This document shows, piece after piece, positions 1-13,471 of a stretch of DNA of 64,000 nt. The DNA lies in NCBI RefSeq assembly GCF_038025025.1, contig NW_027117345.1, positions 1,922,001 through 1,986,000 of the forward strand, written 5' to 3'. The position numbers were made by a program, and so were the translations under genes. Positions within the stretch are counted from its first letter, which is position 1; each line of letters opens with the position of its first letter. The notes under the pieces are model-generated. The model did no database searches, was not told the origin of the DNA, and saw nothing but the letters and a program-made list of their open reading frames with translations. The DNA comes from Phyllosticta citribraziliensis (Eukaryota).

Positions 1-3000
1 CGGAGTTGGTGGGCGACGGCGTAGGTGTCGTCGCTAGCGGGTTCAGGAGGGTTGCAGTCGAAGTAGTATGTATGGAGTGGGTTGGGTGAAGATGAGGGAG
101 CAGGCGGTAATGGCTGGGGGCGGGGCCCAAAGGGTTTTGTCGCTGCTGAGTTTCAGGGCTGCGCCTCGCTCGCTCAATCATCTCGGCTCCTCGCCCGCCT
201 TGGCTCCTCTCACCCCGAATTGGTCTCTCCTCCGCTGGCGCTCTACCGATCCGCCGTCCTCTCCACTGCACCGGCACCTCTCTCGCACTTGTGCAAATGC
301 CGAACCACTGCTTGACGCCTCCAGACCCAGGGACGACACGCTGTCTCTCTCTCTCTGACTGTCCGCTAGCCATCGCTACGACTAGCCTTTTTCTCTGTGC
401 CTTCACGCTGCACACGCAATCACTGCTTATCCAACCGCCAAACTTTAACCCGCCCGTCTTACACTAAGCATCCCACGACAGCATCGCCCAAGTCGTGCTG
501 AACTTTGTCCCTTTGAGCCACGCCACAATCACGCCCATGCTGTGTCTGGAGCCTCCACATTCGGATCTGCTCGCCGAAATCCAGGTGGAGAAGGAAAGAG
601 ACGGACCTCCTTGACCCATCGTCCACTGCCTCCTCCACCAGCTGCTTGCAACACTAGACGTCGACCATCCAAAGGCCAAAAGCATGAAACGGCCAGTCGA
701 TTCAAGACCGTATCGGCGCTGAGTTCAGCGGCTTTGCTGACTTCGCCATCATACTTCGGCCGACCTGGCGTCGGCTCGGAGATAGGCTTCAAGCCAGTCA
801 ACTCTTACAGCACGCCGACCTTGCTTTGGGCCGTCAGCGGCTCACGTTGCTGGGAACCTTGGCCGACGCAAAAAAGACACGAGCAAAAAGGAGAGCCCTG
901 CAGGCCTTACGGAGGCCATCGTCAACTAACCGCTCCGTCATCTGTCACGCCACAGCGACTGGCAGACGCTGACTTTTTTTTTTTTTTTGCCTCTTCCACT
1001 TGACAAGCACTTGGCAGGTTGGCCCTCACATACTTTCTCCCGCCATTTTCTGAAAAATGAACGCTGTCGGTGTCTACCCGGAATGTAGACTTGTCCAAAG
1101 TTTGTGCCCAATGTGAGGAGGCAGACTTGGAAAGTTGCTCAGCCACATCCAAAACACTCAAATTACTTGAGCACCGGGCATGCTGGACAAAGACTGTGGT
1201 TGCACACGTACGCGTCCATTGTTGCACTGCTGCGGCATCGCCTTCTCCTACGCTTTGAGGCTTCTCCGACCATGACCTGAATCTCTTCTATCCAGTTGCC
1301 CTGCAGCACAGCCGCTTTCGTAGGCGGCTCGGCTCGATTTCTGCTTCGGGTAGCCGGCATCCGCCACTAGGCCTCCTACAAACGGCCGTACTTTGCGGCT
1401 TCGTGCTCAAGGGAGGCATGTACAAATGGTGTTGAAAGCCGGTTACAATTGCAGCTTGACGCTTCAGCCCAGGCGATTGTCGATATTTGACAGCAGTAGA
1501 CGTCAACGTGGCACTCGTCTCAAAAACAGTTTTCTGGCTGTGCTCCGCCTGGCTGCGGGGTGAGCTGGCCCATATTATACGTACAAGGGAATTCGCTTAC
1601 GACGCCTCTGTTGTCGGGAGGGCAACAGGAACAACAGTCAGCCATCATCCGTGTCCCTCACCACCCGATCCTCGTCTTGCCGTCACTTTTCGTCCAGCAA
1701 CAAATCTCAGTCGGACCTGCGGCAATGCCGAACCAGCCTCGGAGTTTCCTTCCCCCCAAAAGCCACCATTGAAAAAAAAACTTTCTTTCCAACACAAGCT
1801 TCGGCGTTTTGTCAAAATTGAAAAGCCTTAAACAAGAGGGAACGTGCTCTTGGACTATAGGCAGGCTAACACCCTACTGGCAGGTGGATGCAGGTCCATC
1901 CTTCTAGAACCACAAGAGCAGTTCTGGTCCTCTCCCGGCTTTGCATTCCGGAGGGAAGAAACTCCTTGATGTCCTCCTTGTCGCTCCGACGACCCTTGCA
2001 AGCTAGGATCCAGGCGACCGCTCGCCTTGCAAGGCCAAAGCGGAGAGACACGGAGGAACTCTCTCCACCACGTTGCCCCTGATGGCGAAGGAGGAAGAAG
2101 AAGCAGCAAGAAGATGAGAGTGAGACACTCGCCTGCAAGCGCGGGACCTGAGCGTCCCCTCGAGACGCCGCCCCCACACCCAATGCAGCAATGTGATTTG
2201 CTCGAGCGAACGCTCGACCGCGTCGCCGTCCAGACCCAGCTGGCTGATGGAGTGATGGTCGACTATCAGCTTGTCCGTGCTGACCGGACCGGTGTCGATC
2301 GTGCCTTCATGAGGGCCCTCCTGATTCAGATGCCAGACTGCCGCTGTGCCTGTGTGGGCAATGCGCCTCCCACGTTCGATCGCGATAGTGATGGTCCTCA
2401 GCTCCTCATCCGGCAGCAATAATGATTGCGGATGAAATGAGCATCTAGATATGTGTTGCAAGTCACGGCTTATCCCCGTTGCAGTCACTATTGCCGTCTA
2501 TCGCCGTCGAATGTCTGGAAGTCCTTATCCTGGAGGTTGCTCCGTCGTCGCGCTGAGCTGCACTACACACCGGCCACGAGCCACGCCTTGTAGGGTCTTT
2601 TCTTTGGTTTGGCTCCAGCCCGCTCCACGCACGCACGCACGCACATATGCACGAGCTGAACGTTGCGTTGCGGCGCAAAGGGCTGGTTGGTCTCTGATTG
2701 CCCCGAGGCCCGTCCCTTCATGCATACAGGTACAGCACAGAGGAAGTGAAACCGAGGGCGCCGATGGTCGCGGTATACATCGCACGCAGGACTGCCATGC
2801 TATGTATACTACGTCGTGGGCAGTTCGAAGTTCAAATGCCATGGGGCTTATGAGACTACACACGGTACGTACATGTGAGCAAAGTACAAAGCTCTCACGA
2901 GCATTGCTCCCCATTCCTCACATTTCGTCCTGCGCGCTGCAACCGCTTCAAGCCAAAGCAGACCAGCAGAGGCACCCACACACCAGGAGTGGCCCGGCCC

Positions 3001-5925
3001 AGCCCAGCCAGCCAGCCAGCCAGATAGTCCGGAGCGCGGCGGTCTCCCAACAGGACCATCCGTCGACGGACGGCACCGGATCAGAATCAGGACCCGCCGT
3101 TGATCTCTCCCGTTCGTCCTTGACGTAGAGGCAGTAGTGCTGGAGGATATCGGGTAACATTGACCGACGACCTATTGACCGACTGATCAACCGACCGGAA
3201 AGTCAAATTTGAAAGATTACTCGGGCTTTTCGACCCAAGAGTCGCCGCTAGGTGCTATCTGTACTGATAGCCTAGAAATGAGCAGCCCTGGGGAGCTGAG
3301 ATGCGACACTGACAGGCTGATTGCGATCATCGGCCAGAAGTGCTTGCACGAGAAGACGGCGAAGTGGAGTGCGCGGCTTTGCCAGCAGGTACGTTTGTAC
3401 GAGCTTCCCTCACGCCTTGGGGGAGGGACAGACGTTGCGGTGATGGTGGTCATTGTCGATTCGTCGTCAACTGTTGGCGCTCGCCTGGTGACGGACTAGG
3501 CCACGAATGCCAGGTACCTAGGTAAGGTAGGTCAAAGGCACAGTGGGTACGGTACGTACGTGATGAAAGAAACATTACTTACCTCCCCGGCACTGTCGTG
3601 GCTGCGTCTGGGTGATAGGAAGCATCCATTCCCCTGCCCTCTCTCTCTCTCTCCCACCCCTCAACGGCCAAGCTCATTCACGCCTGGCGAGCCATAATTC
3701 ACAACCACGGTTAGACTAGGCTTACCAAGTCTCATATGATCTTTCAGCACCCACTCCTACCGTGCAGCATTAGCTACCATGCAGGCGTACCGCGCAACCA
3801 TCACGAGGGCAAGCACTCACTTTCTTGCTCACTCAGTCAGTCACTTGCCATGTCCAAGCACTCGTACACACACAAAGGCCAACACGCGGACAGTGAGGGA
3901 GCGTCTGGGAAAGGGGGCTCGCCGGCCGAAGGTAAGGAGGAGAGCAGCTTCGAAGAGGCCGACCTAGCTGGATGGACGGGGTAGGTATCTGCTGTCCATG
4001 ACTGGGTAAGGAAGGAAATGAGGCCAAATCGCTCACCTCGCGGGCACACCAACACGGGACGCGAATCAAGGCCGCAGTGATGACGACGAGTCGCGTGGCT
4101 CCCATGGACGCTGAGATAGCTGTACATACAAGCAGCTAAAGAGAGACGGAGACGGCCTTTGATGCTGCGGTGCTGCGCTGATGGTGCGGAAATGCGGCGT
4201 CGCTTGGGCTTCGGCAGCGTTGACCTGAGAGTTGGGAGTGTGGGATGGTAAGTAGGAAGGTAAGGAAGGTGTGTAGATGCTGATCATGATGGGTGATGGT
4301 GTGAGAGCAACACGGGACTGGCGACAACCGAAAAGATGAGCGTGGTGTCCTGCTGGGCTCTTTTGCCGGGGCCAGCGGCAGATCTGGGCGGCGGGAAGTA
4401 CAGGTTGATAGTCTGATAGAGAGCTGTCCCATTTTTTTCGCGCATCATCGCAATTGTTTGGGATCGTCATGTCGTTGTGGTGGTCCATTCTAGCATCGTA
4501 TCGTCCGTATTCGGATGAGCCCAGCGGGCCGACGCGCGAAGGTTCACTCCACATTATTGAGACTTGTTAGATTAGTATTCGAATTTTCCCAATTTTCTAA
4601 TCTTTAATTTCTTTGAATTTTCTCGCCTGCACCTGGCTGGAGGGTTCGGCGTGACCAAAGTTCCAGAGAGGCTCGGGTGCTCCCTGTCTGTCCGTCCGTC
4701 CCGTACGTACCCTGTCGAGACCGACGCGACCTGACTGGCCATTCGCGGCCTCCTGTTCGCAGCAGCACCACCACCACCACCATGTCGCAAGCCGTCGTTA
4801 TCCAGGCCGTTGCACACGCCTCCGCAAGCCGCGAACCGAAGACCGATGGGTAGACTTGGCCCGGCGCGAGGCGCGAGTGCGGAGCGGGAGAAAAGCTGGG
4901 CATCGCACAGCACCGCCCGGGCACTGAGGTGCAGACGGGAGTCGATCAATGACGTCACGGACAGTCGCACCTCCGCTAGCCGCAGCGCCTTTGGTGATGG
5001 ACAAAAGCAAAGCAAAGCACCAGACGACGGGCATACGCCACAGGCACAGCCGTGTAAGAGCAGCGCCTCAGACGTGTGCTGGCTGCGACAATTGGTGCGC
5101 CATGGCCGCCGCAGCTCCCCACGTCGTTCAAGTGTGGATGATGTGCTGTCTGTCGGTGGGCACCCACCCAGGCAGCCGTGGTCTGGTCTCGACACACACC
5201 ACCAAGACTTAGCACCCGACCCGTCTGCTATACCTCCTGCCTGGTAGCCGTGCATGTACCTGTGCTGCTGCTGCTGCTACTGCTGGCTGGTAGCGAGGAC
5301 CAAGACCAGGCTTCACAACTCCCAAGCAAAAGGCTTGCGCGTCAGTATAAGAACATGTAACTAGCGACAAACGGGCAGGTCAAGTCGCATGCTCCAGGGG
5401 CGACGTGCATATGCTCTTGCATCACCTGCGCAGGGCTCTTCCCCGTCTCTCTCTTCTCACGGCTCCCCGGCCATGGAGTTGCTTGGTGGCAGTTGTGCGT
5501 TCATCATTCTTGCTTGCTTGCTTGCTTGTCTTCAATCCTTGTCCCAATTGACTGCTTCGCCTCTTCGCTCTTTCCTTCTCGCGCCCCTCCACATTCCCCA
5601 TTCATCATCCACCCATTCATTCCAAGTCTTTGGCTCCCCGCAATTCTCTCTCACGCACCCCTCCTTCCCCCGTCGTCACGTTGCTGCTGCCGGCCTTGGG
5701 CTTGCTTCCACTTACATCACTCGCCTCTTCTCCCCCACCAATTCCTTTCCACCTCTCACATCATTGCTCCGAGGACGACAAACGGACGCACCGCGTCGAG
5801 TACCACCCATCAACAATAGCAACAATAGCAATAACCGCCCAATTGATACACACACATCGTCTCGACACCGCCACGTTATACGAATTACTACCATTGCCAT
5901 CGACATCACCACTACAACAAGCGGC

Positions 5926-6984
5926 ATGCCGTCCCGACATTCCTCCTCGCACGGCGCCAGTCTGCTGCTGCCGCTGCTGCTGCTACTCTCCGTGGCCGGC
6001 ACCGCGCTGGCGCAGACGCCGCCGTTCTTCGAGCCCAGCGCTTCGGAGCGCCTGCTGGCGACGTTTGATCAGAACAATACGGATCCTTTCTTCTTCGTGC
6101 CGGGTGGAGTGTTTGCCGTCAATGGTGCGTTCACCTTCAAGTTCGTCTAGTTTGGAACTTAGCACCGCCGGAAGGAAACGCAAGACGAGAAAAAGAGGAG
6201 AGGAGGGCATTGATATTGGAGGGAATGGTAGCAGTGAAAAACAAGCTAACAAGGACCAACAGCCACCCAGGACGCCCCCCAGATCTACCTCCCCGCAAAC
6301 CGCACCACGCTGGGCCCGCCCACCAACAGCTCGCTGCCAGCGACGTACCTGATCCTGATGGTCGACCCGGACGCGCCGTCGCCGCAAAACACGTCGCGCG
6401 GCGAGATCCTGCACTGGCTGCAGCCCGGCGCGCGCCTGAGCCGCAGCACCGAGACGCAAACCGCCAACGACACGGCCATCTCGCTGCTGTCGGCGTCGGA
6501 CACGGCCACCGAGGCCATCGTCCCCTACCAGGGCCCCGCCCCGCCCAGCGTCGGCCCGCACCGCTACATCGTGCTCGTCTTCCGCCAGCCCGACGGCCCG
6601 GCCAACTTTAGCCTGCCTGCTGACTACGAGAGCCGCCGCGGCGGCCAGAATCGCACGCTCTTCAATGCGACCGACTTTGTGCAGAAGGCGAATTTGGGCG
6701 AGCCCGTGGCGGCGACCTTCTTTTTGGCCGGCCAGCAGACGACGGGCAACGGCTCGGAGACGTATAATGGCACTGACGCTGCGGCGGGCATTGGCAATTC
6801 GTCGCTCGGCGGCGGGAACGCGACCAACAATTCGACGGGCGGTGGCAGCGGCGGTGGTGGAGGCGACACTGGCATGACGGGCCCGGGCACGGCGCCTACC
6901 GACTCGGGAGCGCAGAGGAGGGAGAGGCTTGGGTTGGGTGCCTTGATTGGCGCGCTGGCTGGAGCGCTGTGGTTGATTGGCTGA
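5926..6984 (+). CDS. Secreted, probably GPI-anchored phosphatidylethanolamine-binding protein (PEBP) family protein; 2 exons (intron 6125-6262)
   Basis: ATG at 5926 is followed by a hydrophobic signal (LLLPLLLLLSVAGTALA). A GTGCGT..GCTAAC..AG intron joins it to TYLILMVDPDAP..ILHWL..YQGPAPPSVGPHRYIVLVFRQP (PEBP motifs). Gly/Ser/Thr-rich linker and hydrophobic C-terminus. Confidence 0.88.
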
Positions 6985-7702
6985 GGAAGACAGAGTGAGG
7001 TGAGGGTGACGATTACGCTGACGGACGGTCCTGTTCGGCGTGAAGATGGAGAAAAATAAAACAAGTCAGGGGTAGGTAGGCTGGTTGATAACGGCCGTTG
7101 GTCGTATCCGAGGCTTGACGGGTCGTTGGATACGACTGGAAGTCCCTTTGAGGCACGCACGCGTCCGTCCCGTCTTCCCGTTCGCGGTCGAAATTTCCAC
7201 TTTTTTTTTTTTTTTTTTTTTGCGCTTTTCCCACATACGTATTTTTCGTACTGACCGCCTTCCTGCCTGCCTGTGTGGTTAGTCTGTGAGTGAGTGAGTA
7301 CAAAGACTCTTTGGCTGGTGGCATGACGGAAGGATGAGCCGGGCTTGATGACTCGTTGGAGTATGACGGGATATGAATAGGATGGGATGGGTGGGATGGA
7401 TGGGAAGAACCGTGTTGGATAATGGCAGCATTAGCGGTAGCCAACAGAACAGCAATGAAGGAAAGTTGAAACTGAAGACACGAAAATAGGAAAGGAGAGG
7501 GGAGAATGGGAGAGGAGTGAGGAATGATGAAGTCTTGCGCCGTCCCAACTCCTGCTATGAAGAAGCTCTCGAAATGCCTGTCGATGCCACAAACGCCCCA
7601 CGCTGTCATTCCTTTTTGATATCCTGCTCTGATGGTCTTTTCCAATTCTTTTCTTTGTTTATTCCTTGGCTTTCTGCCACCTCCTTCTTCTTCCTTCCGC
7701 GC

Positions 7703-8874
7703 TCAATCCTCGTGCATGACGGCCATGTCCAGCACCTCGGCGCGCGCCCGGCCTTTCGTCTGCGTGGTGATGAAGTCGGTCAGCGCGCGGTACGCGCCGG
7801 GCTCGACGAAGCCGACGCACTCCCACTCGTCGCCGAGCACGTCCTGGTTCTCGACCTGCTCGACGAGCGACAGGATGCGGTCCTTGACGGTGCCGGGCGC
7901 CTTTTGGTCTTCGCCGTCTGCGGTGTCGTCGTCGTCGTTATTTTTGCTGGCGCCCTTCTTGTTGTTGTTGCCGCCTCTTGCGCCGTTGCCCTTGTTGTTG
8001 CTGGGTGCTGCTGATTGTGCCGGTGCTGGCGCGCTCTTGACGGCTTGCTTGAGGATGTTGGTCGGGCAGGTGATGCGCAGGCGCATGCGGGCGCGCGCGA
8101 CGGGGATCGGCTGGTGCGCGATGAGGGCTTTCATGGCTTCGAGGGCCTGCGACTTGGCCGACTTGTTCGTCGTGACGCCGCTCCAGCGGGGCAGGTCCTT
8201 CTTGGGCGGTGCGGGTGCATCGCCACCGTTATTTGCCGCGGCGGCGGTCGAGGAGGCGGTGGTCGTCGGAGTCGAAGTGCCGCTGGCGTGTTGGTGGGCG
8301 GGCGCTTGTGCCGTCGCCGAGCTCAGCTGGTCTAGCGCCTTCTCAATCATGCCCGTCGTGTAGACGCGCTTGGTCTTTGGGTCGACGAGGCGGCCGGCGA
8401 CGATGTCGACGACCTCGTTGTGCACGCGCTCCAGCTGCGCGTTGCGCTCCTTCTCGCCGACCTGCAGCTCGCCCTTGTTCAGAATCTCGAGGATGATGTC
8501 GTCGAGCGGCCGGTCCTTGCCGAAGCCCTTGGAGAGGTCCTCCTTGTTGGCGACCTGGCCTTTGCTCACGTTGATGAAGACGTTGGGGATCTGCAGCACG
8601 TTGTCCAGGTCCTTTTCGACGCCGCTGCGCCATTCCAGCACTTTGTTCTTGTAGCATGCGATTTCGAAGCGCTTTTTGCCTGCGAACGGGGTCGGTGTTA
8701 GGAGGGCTGGTGGCGGATCGCGAGGTGGTGTGGTTGGTTTTTGGACGGACCTTTTTTCATGCGCACAAGTGAAACATTGGTCAACTTGATTTGGTTGACA
8801 GGCTGGAAACAAGTTAGCGGGGATGATGAAAATGCAAGGAACGGGGACGTTACAGTCTTGATTCCCACGGGCAT
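7703..8874 (-). CDS. SDO1: Ribosome maturation factor SBDS/Sdo1; 3 exons (introns 8803-8853, 8680-8750)
   Basis: Spliced N-terminus [59 protein letters not shown], plus GELQVGEKER and KSAKSQALE, are SBDS hallmarks. Confidence 0.96.
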
Positions 8875-9278
8875 TTTGGCGGTGTTTGTGCGTGTGGGCG
8901 AGGAGAGGATGTCAAGTTGATGTCGAGGCAAGGCTCAATTGGAAGATTTGAGGTCAGACCGACGGGAGTCAGCCACAGCTGGTGACGTCGAAGCGGCGCT
9001 AGAGCTGATAGGGAAGGCCAAGAGCCTTATCAGGTGCACGCGCCAGACCCCAGCCTCTCGCCCGTCAGGCACACCTCCCGTCACTGCTCGCGGAGCTTAG
9101 CTTAGCTTTCCACTCTTGACTCTCTCCCAACCCGCGCTTCTCTCTTCCTCTTCGTCATCACTCCCGTCTCTCCCCTCACGAGACCATCCCATCTCGTTCA
9201 CTTCATCCCCATTTCCATTACTGCTCCTGCCTTTCATCCATTGCCGACCTCTAATCATCTCTCCGAGCTGATTGCACC

Positions 9279-11029
9279 ATGAAGGTCGCCACCTCCGCCC
9301 TCCTCTTCGGAGCTGCCACCACGGTGCTCGCCGAGCAGCAGCAGGTCTTCAAGAACACCAAGCCCTCCAACGATGGCTCCGACTCCAAGGGCTCGCTCCC
9401 CAGCTGGAATGACGCCCTCAAGCACCTAAACCACAACGCCGAGTTCCGTGAGGTCTGGGACGAGCTCACCATGCTGTTCCCCGAGGCCACCGAACAGACC
9501 ATGAAGAACGGCTTCTCGTCGGCCCCCAAGCCGCACACCCGCAAGGCTGACTCCGAGTGGGACCACGTCATGAAGGGTGCCGACGTTCAGAGCGTCTGGG
9601 TCGAGAACAGCAAGGGCGAGAAGGAGCGTGATGTCGACGGGAGGCTGGATGCCTACAGCCTCCGCACCAAGAAGGTCGACCCCAAGTCTCTCGGCGTCGA
9701 CACGGTCAAGCAGTACAGCGGATACCTTGATGATGATGAGAACGATAAGCACTTGTTCTACTGTAAGTCTCCCCAACACCTTCGGACTGTCAGCTTGGGC
9801 TAACAGAGCTTCGCTAGGGTTCTTCGAGTCCCGCAACGACCCCAAGAACGACCCCGTCATCCTCTGGCTCAACGGCGGCCCCGGTTGCTCTTCGCTGACT
9901 GGCCTGTTCATGGAGCTCGGTCCCTCGTCCGTCACAAAGGAACGCGAAGTCAAGTACAACCCGGCTTCCTGGAACAGCAATGCTTCCGTCATCTTCCTTG
10001 ACCAACCCGTCAACGTTGGTTACTCTTACTCTGGCAGCTCCGTTAGCAACACGGTCGCCGCCGGCAAGGACGTCTACGCCTTGCTCACCCTCTTCTTCAA
10101 GCAATTCCCCGAATACGCCAGCCAGGACTTCCACATTGCCGGCGAATCCTATGCCGGCCACTACATTCCCGTCTTTGCTTCCGAGATCCTCTCGCACAAG
10201 AAGCGCAACATCAACCTCAAGTCGGTCCTGATCGGCAACGGTCTCACTGATGGTTTGACTCAGTACGAGTACTACAGGCCCATGGCTTGCGGAAAGGGTG
10301 GCTGGCCTGCTGTGCTTGGCGAGAGCGAGTGCCAGGCCATGGACAACGCCTTGCCCCGCTGCCAGTCCCTGATCCAGAGCTGCTACAACAGCGAGAGCGT
10401 CTGGTCTTGCGTGCCCGCCTCCATCTACTGCAACAACGCCATGATTGGTCCTTACCAACGCACTGGTCAGAACGTCTACGACGTCCGCGGAAAGTGCGAG
10501 GACAGCAGCAACCTCTGCTACACCGAGATGGGCTGGATCTCGGACTACTTGAACAAGGACAATGTCATGAAGGCTCTCGGCGCCGAGGTTTCCAGCTACG
10601 ACAGCTGCAACTTTGACATTAACCGCAACTTCTTGTTCCAGGGCGACTGGATGCAGCCCTTCCACCGCCTGGTTCCCGGCATCCTTGAGCAGATCCCCGT
10701 CTTGATCTACGCTGTGAGTACCATTGTACTGATAAGCGCTACCATTGCTGACAGTCATCTAGGGTGATGCCGATTTCATCTGCAACTGGCTCGGCAACAA
10801 GGCCTGGAGCGAGGCTCTCGAGTGGCCCGGCCAGAAGAAGTTTGCCCCTCTGCCTCTTGACGACCTCAAGCTCGGCGGCTCCGGCAGGAAGATTGGCGAG
10901 ATCAAGAGCTCTGGCAACTTTACCTTTATGCGTCTGCACGCTGGCGGCCACATGGTTCCGTTCGATCAGCCCGAGGCCTCGCTCGACATGCTCAACCGCT
11001 GGATCGGCGGCGAGTGGTTCGGGCAGTAA
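9279..11029 (+). CDS. PRC1: Vacuolar carboxypeptidase Y (serine carboxypeptidase S10) preproprotein; introns 9763-9817, 10714-10762
   Basis: Signal and propeptide, then [26 protein letters not shown] (catalytic Ser), GDADFICNW and GGHMVP. Stop TAA at 11027-11029. Confidence 0.96.
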
Positions 11030-13471
11030 ATTGAACGACTGTGCAGTTGATGCGGTTGTGGAATAAATTGCCATGATGCAAGTCTGTCTCAGAGTCGGAT
11101 GTGAGGTCGTGTTATTGAGCTGTAGACTGGTATGGTAGATGGAAAGGCAAAAGCAGTGCTACATAGGGAGCTTTGTCTATCAAATTGACGTCATGTCTCT
11201 TGTAATGGTCTGCAAAGGACAATTGAAACAATCAGATATAGCGGTTTTTGGAACTAATCGAGTTTCTCCATATTTCTCCTGCCATACTTGAATTCGCAGT
11301 GACACTGAAGGGTAGACTGGGGGTTGTCAAGCAAGATAGTCGGCGGTAGGCACGATCAAGCGCTCATCGGAGCCATGAACGCGCCCTGGACGCAAAGTAA
11401 CAGGGAGCTTGACTTCACCAGGCTCGTCGCCTCCCTACTCCGCGCAGCGCACACTCTCTCCCTGCTCACGCGCATATAGACGTAGATGAAAAAGACGAAT
11501 AGGCAGGCGGATGAGGAGCGATGTTTCTGTTTGGTTTGGGAAATGCCGCTAAATCAATCGTGTAAAAAGTCTCAGAGCCGAACTGAGCTGCTTGCGTCTA
11601 GGCGTGATATTTTGGGGGCAACTGTATGAAAGCGAAGGCCTTGGGTGGGTAGATCTAGATAGTCAACCGCAATGCTTTGAGTGACACAGTCGTATGGATG
11701 ATGAGGGAGCTGGGGCGAGAAATGTACGAAATCAAATGATTGAAAGGCTGCGGTGTCCAAATTCAAGGTTTGTAAGACGTTTGAAGCAGAGAGCAACTTG
11801 GCGAGCGTGGACTTGATTGATGAGGGCAAAGTGAGCGAGATGGCGAGGATCTATAGAGTTTGGACAGACTGGTAGGTTCTGGTATTAATCGGGAAGATGT
11901 GGACTTGGAGCAAGAATCTTCTGCACGAAAGTGATAGGGCAAGAGAGGACTTGCGGATGGTTTGAAGGTTGAGAAATTTAGTGACTTGAGAGCTGGCTCG
12001 TAGTGTTTGTCTGGAAAACTCGTCCACATCTCTCTTTCCGCACCGTGAAAACAATTGAGTCCTGCTCAGCGCTCTTGGATGGTCCCTCAGAAAGACATCT
12101 CGTTCAAGGCTACCACCATTACCACCCAACAGCGCAACACTCCACCCTAAATACTGTACTCCAGCACCAACACCACCCTAAGCCCTCCCCGTCCATCTCC
12201 CCTGTCAATCACCAAACCCGCCCAAACCTGCCCCACCCCACTCCACCGCGTCAATCACCAGTTCACTGCCGACGATGCGCGCGCACCCTTGGCCGCCAAT
12301 CGCTCTTTCTTGGCGCCCGCCCGCGCGCGCACGCCGATCGACGCTGAGACCCCCTGGCTTACTTACCCCAGGCCGGGCTCGGAGCAGGCGGGGAGGTGGC
12401 TCGGAGGAAGTCGTCGTCCGCCGGTGGGCATTTTGAGTTATTGGGATGTGTTGGGAGGGTAGGATGGGCATGAGAAAGGGAGGGAGGGGAGGCTGGTTGA
12501 CCTGACCGTCGGTGGTCGCAATATGTATGTGCTGAGGGAGGATGATCGTAGATGTGAAGGAGAGATTAGATGGGTGGGTGTGTGGTGGCGGGCGCGGCGC
12601 CGAGATATTGCCTCCCCATCTTAGAGTAGGAGTGGGTGGAGGAGTCTCGCCTTGCCATTTCAGATTTGTCGCGTCGTGCGATGTGACGGACGGCTGCCTA
12701 TGTCATTAGCTCACTGACTGACGACTACCTCGCCACCACATCCACCACCACTCTGTCCACCGCACGCGCGGCCCGCACATCTTCGCGGCGCTTTAGCCCG
12801 CTTCCCCCCGCGAGGCGGACGGACGCACCGCGCGAACGAGTCGTGGAAATGCGTCACTTGGCTACTGACTCGCTGCGCTGTGTTCCTGGCGCTCACGGGG
12901 AAGGGGGAGAGTTGCGTGATCGACCGGCGCGGGAATTGGGTTTGCCGGGGGGCCGCTGGTTGGATGTGGATGCCCGGGGTGGTGGTGTTGATTTTTTCGT
13001 TTTTGAGTGGTGGGGGTGGGAAGGGGGAAGGGGGAAGGGGGATGTGGATTGAGGTATTCATGTGGTGGGTGGTGGGTTGGTTTGCGGGCTTGATTTTGGG
13101 CATGGCTGGCGCGAGAGCGAGGGATAAAAACGAAGAATCCCGCTTGTTTGGGATATTCAAGAAATTAAGAGTTGATGTGGTGGTGTATAGAAATTAGAGA
13201 GGCTGTCCCGACATCGGCCAAATCGTGGAATCCAGCGAAACGCGTTGATGAGCTTCTGATGGGTAGGACCACGAAACAGATGACGTCCGCAGGAGTAGCC
13301 GTTGTCTTGTCCATTGGAACCAAAGACAAATGCCGTCGCTCGTGGGACAGCTCAAGCGAACCTCCCATGTGGTCGAAATAAACATGGCCCCCAAGCCGAC
13401 CATCCACAACCCCTTGACCGCCCTCAATAACGACTGCAAATCCCCCCCACACAAGTCCCCGCAACCTTCCC

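Noticed and set aside
1..5388. Many short ORFs in the first 5.4 kb
   Set aside because: No recognisable domain, codon bias or coherent exon chain; homopolymer and microsatellite tracts are present. Treated as intergenic/UTR, although a divergent gene cannot be excluded.
11100..13400. Telomerase RNA candidate, given the gap size and ACCCTAA motifs at about 12144 and 12175
   Set aside because: No template of about 1.5 repeats (TAACCCTAA) and no identifiable pseudoknot or CR4/5.
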